Program-made: the position numbers and the translations under genes
The notes under the pieces: generated by a model
What the model saw: only the letters and a program-made list of their open reading frames with translations
Told to the model about the DNA's origin: nothing
Database searches by the model: none
Part shown: piece after piece, positions 28,072 through 36,282 of the stretch
Position numbering within the stretch: the first letter of the stretch is position 1
How the letters are laid out: each line of letters starts with the position of its first letter
NCBI GenBank assembly: GCA_023205875.1
Contig: CP060766.1
Location: 124,001 to 188,000 of the forward strand
Reading direction: 5' to 3'
DNA: 64,000 nucleotides
From: Chloropicon primus
Taxonomy: Eukaryota

Positions 28072-29994
28072 TCACGTGACGATGACGGTGCCCTTCATGC
28101 CGGCGTACAAGTGCGGCGTGCAGTAGTACGTGTACGTTCCAGGAACTGTGAAGGTCGTGGAAACGTTCTGGCCGATGGTGGAGAAGAGCATTGGGTGGGA
28201 CAGGGCCTCCGCGTCCACACCCTCGGGCACAGTTTCGAAGACGACGTCGTGAGGAATGCCATCAACGTTGGTCCAAGTCACCGTGTCGCCCTGGGAGACG
28301 GTCACCTCCGCGGGGTCGTAGATGAGCTGTCCCGGTGGGTTGGATCCAATGTCCACGGAGACGGTGGCGCCCGCTGGGGCCGGGGCCGAAGCTGGAGCGT
28401 CGTCCTCCTCGTCCTCCTCATCCTCCTCGTCGTCCTCGTCCTTCGCGTCCTCGGAGGCAGAAGCCGCAGGGTCTTCGGCGCTGGGAACGCCCGAGTCCTC
28501 CAGCTCAACACCAGGAGCAACCTCTGCAACGTCGGGCGTCCCTTCGGAAAGGCCGCCAGGCGGGGTGATCGCGTCCACCGGGTTCGGATCCTCGCTCATC
28601 TGCATCAGCTTGCGGCGCCCGTCGTCGCTGCTGGCGGGCTCCTCCTCCTCCTCCTCGGTGGCGGCGATGGTGTCGTTCGCCATCTCCGTCGTGGCGTTCA
28701 TGGTGGCGTTCATCGCATCGGTCGCGTTGCCGTCATCCACCACCATCGCCGGGGGCGCAGACTCCACCAGGTCCCCCTCGGGGCCCGCCTCAAAGTCCAC
28801 GCCGGACGCGGGAAAGGGGGCGTTCTCGAACGCGGGGGCGTCCGCCTCCAGCTCCGCGAGGTCCGTGAGGTCCACGTTGGGCGGGATCTTCTCCAGCTGG
28901 GGGAGGAGGCCCTCCGCGAGATCGGTGAGATCCGGCTGGCCGTCGTCGTCCGACTGGAGGAGCTTCCTCAGCAGCCTGCGGCCGTCGTCGCTGCTGGCGG
29001 GCTCCTCCTCCAAATCGTCGCAGCCAACCGTCTCGGGGTTGTCCTGGCAGTAGGCCTCCTCACTCACGCCCTCGACGCAAGCCATGCATTGGGCAGTCAG
29101 CGCCTTGCAGCAAGGTACGGGGATGGTGTCGTTCGCCACCTCCGTGTCGTTGCCGCCGGTGCGGTTGTTGATCCTCTCAGTGGTATTCGACACAAAGTCG
29201 TTGACTCGCTCCACGCCCTCCTGAATGGTGTCGTTGGCCCTGCCGACGAAGTCCTCGGTCCTGTTCACGAACGTCTGAGCGGTCTCGTTGAGCCTGTCTC
29301 CGAGGTTGCCCAAGAACTCGCTCGTCCTGTCGACGGCCTGCTGACCGATTCTTTGGGCGCCTTCCACGATGTTGTTGACCGCGCTCTCCAGACCGTCGAA
29401 CTGCTGGAGCTTGCGCCGCCCATCATCGGAACTTTCGTCATCGTCGTCGTCGTCATCGTCGTCGTCGTCGTCATCATCGTCGTCGTCACAGCCAACTTCC
29501 TGAGGATTTCCCTCGCAGAACTCCTCGATGCTCACGCCATTACTGCAAGCGAGACACTCCGCGGTGGCGGCCATGCAGCAAGGCACCGGGGCATCCTCCG
29601 CCCCAATGGTGTCGTTCGCCACCTCCGTGTCGTTGCCGCCGGTGCGGTTGTTGAACCTGTCCGTCACGTTCGACACAAAGTCGTTGACTCGCTCCACGCC
29701 CTCCTGAATGGTGTCGTTGGCCCTGCCGACGAAATCCTCGGTCCTGTTCACGAACCTCTCCGCGGTGCTGTTGAGCCTGTCCCCGAGGTTGCCCACGAAC
29801 TCGTTCGTCCTGTCGACGGCCTCCTGACCGATCCTCTGGGCGCCGTCCACGATGTTGCCCACCGCGTTCTCCAGACCGTCGAACTGCTGGAGCCTCCTGG
29901 CCTCCCTTCCCTCCGCGACCGCCGCCGAGCAGCCCAGGACCAACAGGGCAACCAGGGCCACCACCCCCACCACCTTTCTCTTCGCAAGCATCAT
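28072..29994 (-). CDS. Secreted modular polyprotein ending in a plastocyanin-like type-1 copper domain
   Basis: Signal peptide; four RRL/RRKL/RRLLRKLL sites; two amphipathic + six-Cys modules; one acidic module shared with 23881-24879; C-terminal PHDVVF...YYCTPHLYAGMKG. Confidence 0.88.
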   Translation of the reverse strand: MMLAKRKVVGVVALVALLVLGCSAAVAEGREARRLQQFDGLENAVGNIVDGAQRIGQEAVDRTNEFVGNLGDRLNSTAERFVNRTEDFVGRANDTIQEGVERVNDFVSNVTDRFNNRTGGNDTEVANDTIGAEDAPVPCCMAATAECLACSNGVSIEEFCEGNPQEVGCDDDDDDDDDDDDDDDDDESSDDGRRKLQQFDGLESAVNNIVEGAQRIGQQAVDRTSEFLGNLGDRLNETAQTFVNRTEDFVGRANDTIQEGVERVNDFVSNTTERINNRTGGNDTEVANDTIPVPCCKALTAQCMACVEGVSEEAYCQDNPETVGCDDLEEEPASSDDGRRLLRKLLQSDDDGQPDLTDLAEGLLPQLEKIPPNVDLTDLAELEADAPAFENAPFPASGVDFEAGPEGDLVESAPPAMVVDDGNATDAMNATMNATTEMANDTIAATEEEEEEPASSDDGRRKLMQMSEDPNPVDAITPPGGLSEGTPDVAEVAPGVELEDSGVPSAEDPAASASEDAKDEDDEEDEEDEEDDAPASAPAPAGATVSVDIGSNPPGQLIYDPAEVTVSQGDTVTWTNVDGIPHDVVFETVPEGVDAEALSHPMLFSTIGQNVSTTFTVPGTYTYYCTPHLYAGMKGTVIVT

Positions 29995-30561
29995 CACTCC
30001 AAAACCCCTCAAGAAAAAATCAAACGCACGAGAGGAATTGCCTCGGTCGCGCGAAGATCCTCAATCAATGCGATGCGCGCTTGCTCCCTCGCTCTCGCTC
30101 TCCCTCGCTCCCCTCTCAATCGACCGGGACCAGCAAACGTTACAGCCGTTACCCCAAACCCTCGAGTCAAAGCTCCCAACCTTGAAAAATTTCGGAGACC
30201 AAAATATCTACCAGGGGAGACCAAGACGACCAAGGGGATGGCGAAGAGTGTTCCTTTGCCGAGGGTTTGGGTGCTGGCATCGTTCAGCTGGGGGTATCAA
30301 TCCAGGGAGAGAGCGGAAGGACAATGCATTGCTTGCCTTGGCGTCGGCCGGGAATGGAAGGAACCGATTGTTGAAGGCATCACTCGCGAGACGAGATCGA
30401 TCGATCGCCTGGCTGTTGGCCGTGTATATAGAATGAACTTGTGAACTTGTGATTTAGGATTTGACTTGACTTGGTGTCTTGACTCTGTCCCGGTGCTCCT
30501 GGACTCGCCGCCCTCGTATCACAACCACGGCTGTCGGGTGATCTTGTTCCGGCTCCCTTGC

Positions 30562-31335
30562 TCAAAGACGCAACCTCCTGCGGCGTCCGCGGTAACTGGT
30601 GGACACAACCTCTCCGGTCTGGGAGTCGATGCCGCCGGGCACGGCCGTGGGCTCGAAGTTGGTGTAGACCTCTCTCGACTTGGGGCCGCCCTCGGTGCAA
30701 GCGCAGTCCTGGCTCCAGATGAGGCCCTTGGCCTCGCAGCTCGTCTGGTCGCTGGAGCAATCGCACTGGATGTTCGTCATGTTGTAGCAGCCCGAACCGT
30801 CCGGAATGGACTCGGTGAGCCCGCTGAAGGACGAGTTGGGTCCACTCGGCTCGCCCTCGACCTTGTCCACGGACTCCACGCAGTTGCCGTCGCCATCGAA
30901 AATCTGGACTCTGTCGGGGTCGTCCGTGCAGTTGGTGGTGACGCCTCCGGTGGCAGACCCGGTGACGACTGCAGTGGCGGTCTTCGTGGCGGTCTTCGTG
31001 GCCCCAACCGTCTTATCGACCACTCCGCCGCCACGCTTCTTTCCACCCTCCTCGTCCGAAGCTGCAGACACACAGAGAAAGAGAGAGAGAGAGGTTGTTA
31101 GGAACGCGGAAGGCGGGAGACCAAGGTGTGGGGCGAATCAACTCGGGAAGCGCGGCGCACCTGGGGCGGGGGCAATCGCATCGGGCGCGGAATCCAGGGT
31201 CGCGTTCGCCGAATCCAGGGTCCCATTCACCGCCGAAGCATTCGCTGGTGGCGGGTCGAGGAACTGGGCGTGCCCTCCTGCTGCTGCCAGGAGCAGGCCC
31301 ATGCACACCACAACCTTGATGCAATTCATTCTCAT
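30562..31335 (-). CDS. Secreted Cys-rich precursor with GGKKR and C-terminal YRGRRRRLRL
   Basis: Exons 31335-31161 and 31061-30562 (99-nt GT-AG intron, phase 1). Signal peptide ending GHA-Q; GCYNMTNIQCDC....CEAKG.IWSQDCAC module. Confidence 0.75.
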
Positions 31336-31624
31336 CGCGTCTCGTGGACCTCTCCGTCAGTTGCTGTGCGTTAGCGTTAGCGTTAGTGTCAGGCAAACCC
31401 AGCGCCGGCTCTCCCTCGTCGTCGTCTGTGACTCCTTTGCCCAATGCCACGACCCCCTCTCTCCAACAACCCGGCCGTTATTGTATTAAGGTCACGGATG
31501 TTTTGAGGTTAGGCCTGGAGATGTGGGGCCAGGAGGAAAGAGGAGCCAAGCGAGAAGAAGAGGTGAATCAATGAATAGGACAGGATCTATTTAATAACAT
31601 AAAGTGGGGGTTGGTCTTTCTTGG

Positions 31625-33007
31625 TTAGACGTCTGGAGAGCACCCGAAAATCTTCCCCTCAAGGGCGTTCTCCTTGGTTGGATTGACGTAGACAATGGGT
31701 ACTCCTCCGTAGTACTTTTCCGCGAGTTCCTTGGCGGCGTACGCGATGTAGTCCGTCTCGTTCGCTGGAAGTCTACGATATTGGGCCGTGGCCTCGGGCT
31801 GGTTGTTTTCGAGGAGTCCGTCAAGCACCTTGAAGAACCCGTTGCCGTAGGTGAAGAGAGCCTCAACTCCTCCGGGCGCGTTCGCCTCCAAGGGCAAGCT
31901 GAGCTCGTTCCACTGATTGCTCCCGGGACCCTTATCGTGCGGGTTTGGCCTGCTGTTCATCTCCACCTGAATGTCCAGCACTTTCATGAAGTCCTCGGGG
32001 CCAAAAGTACACTGCGCTGTCCACCGCAGCGGTCCAGCTTCAGGGTAGCACGTGCCACTCTCCACGCAGCTGTTGCTCCTGTCAACGCAAAGTGGATGTC
32101 CGAGAACTTCCAAGAAAGCTTGTTCGGCAGGGTTCCACGATCCCGCCTTCGAGAACACACCGTAGCTGCCCCGAATGGCTGTTGTCCACACGTCCGCTGG
32201 GCCAAAAGTGGAGCAGGCGTCCACCGAAGTCGCATCCTTTGGGGTGATGCCGGTCAAGTTCGTGGGAAGCGGGAAATACAAGTCCTCGCAGCTTACGTTC
32301 CCTCCCGCGCCCTGGGGCGCCCACCACTCGAACTGATCGAAGGGCTGCACGCCCTTGGTCTCATTCCCGTAGCCAAGGTTGTACCTCTTGACCCATTCGC
32401 TCACTTGGAACTCCCTGGTCGCGTTCCTCACACCGCTCTTCTTGTCGTCGAGGTAAGCCTCCAGCAGATCCAGCGTGTTCCTCTGGCCGACGTCAATGGC
32501 TGGCTTCAGAGGTCCGCAGCCAGGGTTGCCATCTGCATCGTGAAGGCGCCCAATACTCGCGCTGTCCGAGGGACTCGCACATAAAGGGCTCGCTCTTGGG
32601 TACGACGTATCGAAGACTACGCCGATCCTCTCAGGAAACATCGGAAACGGCTCAAAGAGGTCCTTCTCCACGATCTCCTTGACCCCGTCGGTGAGCCCGA
32701 CCCAAGAGGCTGCGATGTGGTCCATGCCCGGGAACTCGTCCGTGCAAGGGCCGTACACAGTTGGGTATCCCTTCGGCTGGCACATCTGGACCAGCAAGCC
32801 GTTACTCTGCATCCAATCCCGGAGCTTGTCCCTGGCCTCTGGCCCCGTCGACCCGCCAGCGTCGAAGCGATTCGACCCAACCAAGAACCTCTTGTTCAGC
32901 CGCTCCGCCATCTCCTCACACGAGCTCGCATTGCCTGGCGCCGCTGCCACCCCACACCCTACGAGGGTCAACCCCACCACAAAAAAAAACAAGCCCGCTC
33001 CCTTCAT
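31625..33007 (-). CDS. Secreted Cys-rich protein of unknown function, copy 1 (460 aa)
   Basis: ATG at 33007 (MKGAGLFFFVVGLTLVGCGVAA signal peptide); globular, Cys-rich; no family recognised. Confidence 0.8.
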   Translation of the reverse strand: MKGAGLFFFVVGLTLVGCGVAAAPGNASSCEEMAERLNKRFLVGSNRFDAGGSTGPEARDKLRDWMQSNGLLVQMCQPKGYPTVYGPCTDEFPGMDHIAASWVGLTDGVKEIVEKDLFEPFPMFPERIGVVFDTSYPRASPLCASPSDSASIGRLHDADGNPGCGPLKPAIDVGQRNTLDLLEAYLDDKKSGVRNATREFQVSEWVKRYNLGYGNETKGVQPFDQFEWWAPQGAGGNVSCEDLYFPLPTNLTGITPKDATSVDACSTFGPADVWTTAIRGSYGVFSKAGSWNPAEQAFLEVLGHPLCVDRSNSCVESGTCYPEAGPLRWTAQCTFGPEDFMKVLDIQVEMNSRPNPHDKGPGSNQWNELSLPLEANAPGGVEALFTYGNGFFKVLDGLLENNQPEATAQYRRLPANETDYIAYAAKELAEKYYGGVPIVYVNPTKENALEGKIFGCSPDV

Positions 33008-33331
33008 CGTCGTCGTCGTCGTCGTCGTTAAGTCGCCAGTAGTCGCCAGTCGCCGGCCGACCTCGTATTCTGTGGTGGGCAAAGAAGCGTGAGCGAGCCT
33101 CACCCCCGTCAGTCAGCAGTCTCGAGCCTCGTCGTCATGTTCCGTGACCATGATCTCGGCCCCCTCTCTCCAACAACCCGGCCGTTATTGTATTAAGGTC
33201 ACGGATGTTTTGAGGTTAGGCCTGGAGATGTGGGGCCAGGAGGAAAGAGGAGCCAAGCGAGAAGAAGAGGTGAATCAATGAATAGGACAGGATCTATTTA
33301 ATAACATAAAGTGGGGGTTGGTCTTTCTTGG

Positions 33332-34714
33332 TTAGACGTCTGGAGAGCACCCGAAAATCTTCCCCTCAAGGGCGTTCTCCTTGGTTGGATTGACGTAGAC
33401 AATGGGTACTCCTCCGTAGTACTTTTCCGCGAGTTCCTTGGCGGCGTACGCGATGTAGTCCGTCTCGTTCGCTGGAAGTCTACGATATTGGGCCGTGGCC
33501 TCGGGCTGGTTGTTTTCGAGGAGTCCGTCAAGCACCTTGAAGAACCCGTTGCCGTAGGTGAAGAGAGCCTCAACTCCTCCGGGCGCGTTCGCCTCCAAGG
33601 GCAAGCTGAGCTCGTTCCACTGATTGCTCCCGGGACCCTTATCGTGCGGGTTTGGCCTGCTGTTCATCTCCACCTGAATGTCCAGCACTTTCATGAAGTC
33701 CTCGGGGCCAAAAGTACACTGCGCTGTCCACCCCAGCGGTCCAGCTTCAGGGTAGCACGTGCCACTCTCCACGCAGCTGTTGCTCCTGTCAACGCAAAGT
33801 GGATGTCCGAGAACTTCCAAGAAAGCTTGTTCGGCAGGGTTCCACGATCCCGCCTTCGAGAACACACCGTAGCTGCCCCGAATGGCTGTTGTCCACACGT
33901 CCGCTGGGCCAAAAGTGGAGCAGGCGTCCACCGAAGTCGCATCCTTTGGGGTGATGCCGGTCAAGTTCGTGGGAAGCGGGAAATACAAGTCCTCGCAGCT
34001 TACGTTCCCTCCCGCGCCCTGGGGCGCCCACCACTCGAACTGATCGAAGGGCTGCACGCCCTTGGTCTCATTCCCGTAGCCAAGGTTGTACCTCTTGACC
34101 CATTCGCTCACTTGGAACTCCCTGGTCGCGTTCCTCACACCGCTCTTCTTGTCGTCGAGGTAAGCCTCCAGCAGATCCAGCGTGTTCCTCTGGCCGACGT
34201 CAATGGCTGGCTTCAGAGGTCCGCAGCCAGGGTTGCCATCTGCATCGTGAAGGCGCCCAATACTCGCGCTGTCCGAGGGACTCGCACATAAAGGGCTCGC
34301 TCTTGGGTACGACGTATCGAAGACTACGCCGATCCTCTCAGGAAACATCGGAAACGGCTCAAAGAGGTCCTTCTCCACGATCTCCTTGACCCCGTCGGTG
34401 AGCCCGACCCAAGAGGCTGCGATGTGGTCCATGCCCGGGAACTCGTCCGTGCAAGGGCCGTACACAGTTGGGTATCCCTTCGGCTGGCACATCTGGACCA
34501 GCAAGCCGTTACTCTGCATCCAATCCCGGAGCTTGTCCCTGGCCTCTGGCCCCGTCGACCCGCCAGCGTCGAAGCGATTCGACCCAACCAAGAACCTCTT
34601 GTTCAGCCGCTCCGCCATCTCCTCACACGAGCTCGCATTGCCTGGCGCCGCTGCCACCCCACACCCTACGAGGGTCAACCCCACCACAAAAAAAAACAAG
34701 CCCGCTCCCTTCAT
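33332..34714 (-). CDS. Secreted Cys-rich protein of unknown function, copy 2 (460 aa)
   Basis: Same translation as copy 1 except PLRWT to PLGWT. Confidence 0.8.
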   Translation of the reverse strand: MKGAGLFFFVVGLTLVGCGVAAAPGNASSCEEMAERLNKRFLVGSNRFDAGGSTGPEARDKLRDWMQSNGLLVQMCQPKGYPTVYGPCTDEFPGMDHIAASWVGLTDGVKEIVEKDLFEPFPMFPERIGVVFDTSYPRASPLCASPSDSASIGRLHDADGNPGCGPLKPAIDVGQRNTLDLLEAYLDDKKSGVRNATREFQVSEWVKRYNLGYGNETKGVQPFDQFEWWAPQGAGGNVSCEDLYFPLPTNLTGITPKDATSVDACSTFGPADVWTTAIRGSYGVFSKAGSWNPAEQAFLEVLGHPLCVDRSNSCVESGTCYPEAGPLGWTAQCTFGPEDFMKVLDIQVEMNSRPNPHDKGPGSNQWNELSLPLEANAPGGVEALFTYGNGFFKVLDGLLENNQPEATAQYRRLPANETDYIAYAAKELAEKYYGGVPIVYVNPTKENALEGKIFGCSPDV

Positions 34715-35038
34715 CGTCGTCGTCGTCGTCGTCGTTAAGTCGCCAGTAGTCGCCAGTCGCCGGCCGACCTCGTATTCTGTGGTGGGCAAAGAAGCGTGAG
34801 CGAGCCTCACCCCCGTCAGTCAGCAGTCTCGAGCCTCGTCGTCATGTTCCGTGACCATGATCTCGGCCTGGCATCTCCGCCTCCTCTTATCACATCACAA
34901 TGACAATGAAAATTGCGAAAAAATTGCTGGTCAAGGACGAAAGGGGTCATCGTCATGTGTCAGGCATGTGAGCATGTGATTAAGAAGAATTATTCGCCGC
35001 GAGCCACTCGGTGATGTGCCCCGCTACCTATTCACATT

Positions 35039-35960
35039 TTAACTCGTCCAAAGGGCAAGGCGGGTCCTGACTTCGAGCCCACTGCAGAACATCAAGGTGA
35101 CCTCCAAGAGCTGCCTCAGAACAAGTCCTCGAGTCCCAAGGGCAAGGCGGGTCCTGACTTCAAGCCCACTGCAGAACATCGAGGTGACCTCCTGCAGCTG
35201 CATTAGAACAAGTCCTCTCGTCCCAATCACAAGGTGGGTCCTGACTTCGAGCCCACTGCAGAACATCAAGGTGACCTCCTTCAGCTGCAGCAGAACAAGT
35301 CTTCTCGTCCCAAGGGCAAGGCGGATCCTGGCTCTGAAGCCACTTCAGAACGTCAATGTGACCTCCTGCAGCAGCTCCTGCAGCTGCTACTACCCCGTAG
35401 TCCCAGTTCCAGGTACCCAAAGGGATCCCTTGGCTCCTCAACCACTTCATCACCTTGATGCTGCCCTGGAAAGCGGCGAGACACAGCAGGTCAGAGTCGT
35501 ACAAGTGGTCGTCGTACTGTCCAGATCTCCAGCATTCAGTACTCCCTTCTTCCTTTCAAACGACTGAAACACCCACTGGAACCAACCCATGCTGAAGCGA
35601 GGCATCTGCTTGAGCAACGTTTTCTGTGCCAAGTTCGTCCTCAAAGTAAGAGCCTTCTTCTTCTCCTTGGGGCTCGCCGCCGTCACCGTCTCCAGGAACG
35701 TCTTGCAGGTCAACCCAAAAGCGATCCGGTCGTACTCATCCAGATGCTTCGCGACCACGAACCAAACCTCGTCCGGGAGTCTTCCGAATCCAGTAGTGGC
35801 TGCCTCCACCCTCTCCAGCGCTGCCTGCTGGAGGTTGAACAACATGTTCACAACATCTCCCTACTTCATCCTCATCAGCGCTTCCGTCGCCTCCTCCTTC
35901 GACTTCCTCACCCAGGACTTCCAGGGAAGCTTGTCCTCTTCGTCCTCGTCCTCTCTCCTC
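35039..35960 (-). pseudogene. F-box-like/ankyrin-repeat pseudogene, paralog of 15645-16661
   Basis: In-frame TAG at 35861-35863, frameshift near 35505-35520, and TGA at 35160-35162 where sister repeats have CGA. QDPPCPWD..TCS.AA.GGHLDVLQWAR repeats continue past the stop. Ends approximate. Confidence 0.8.
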
Positions 35961-36282
35961 CTGTTCCCCCTTCCCCGCCCCTGCCTCGCCGTCCTCTCAT
36001 GCCTATGCCTCTCTCTTCCTTCACTCGTCCTGGTCGTCCTCCTTCTCTGGCAGTCCAATCCTCACCACTGACTCGCTTCCTTCAAGCGACGGCTCTTTCG
36101 AAAGAGCAAGACAAGACGCTTCCGCCTGTCCAATCCCTTTCCTCGTCATCGTCCCCCCTCCCGCTTCACTGCGTCGTCCTCCTCGAGGTGTCCGTCAGGT
36201 CGTGAAGCGCGGGAAGCAGTTGGTCAGAGGGTTGTGTCGATCGAGAGGAGAGGAGAGGAGAGGAGAGGAGTGAGGGAGGAGG

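Larger units (their letters stand above)
31453..34866. repeat. 1707-bp tandem segmental duplication (31453-33159, 33160-34866)
   Basis: All ORFs recur at +1707; one difference noticed (32026 G vs 33733 C). Confidence 0.95.

Noticed and set aside
27844..30444. 866-aa plus-strand ORF (likewise 23580-24857, 25154-26281, 46750-48507, 57668-59788, 18273-19763)
   Set aside because: Antisense shadows of GC3-rich genes; the opposite strand has signal peptides or recognisable domains.
33008..33103. Upstream EVGRRLA motif in the extended ORF of the duplicated gene
   Set aside because: It lies 5' of the first ATG and signal peptide, so it is probably untranslated.
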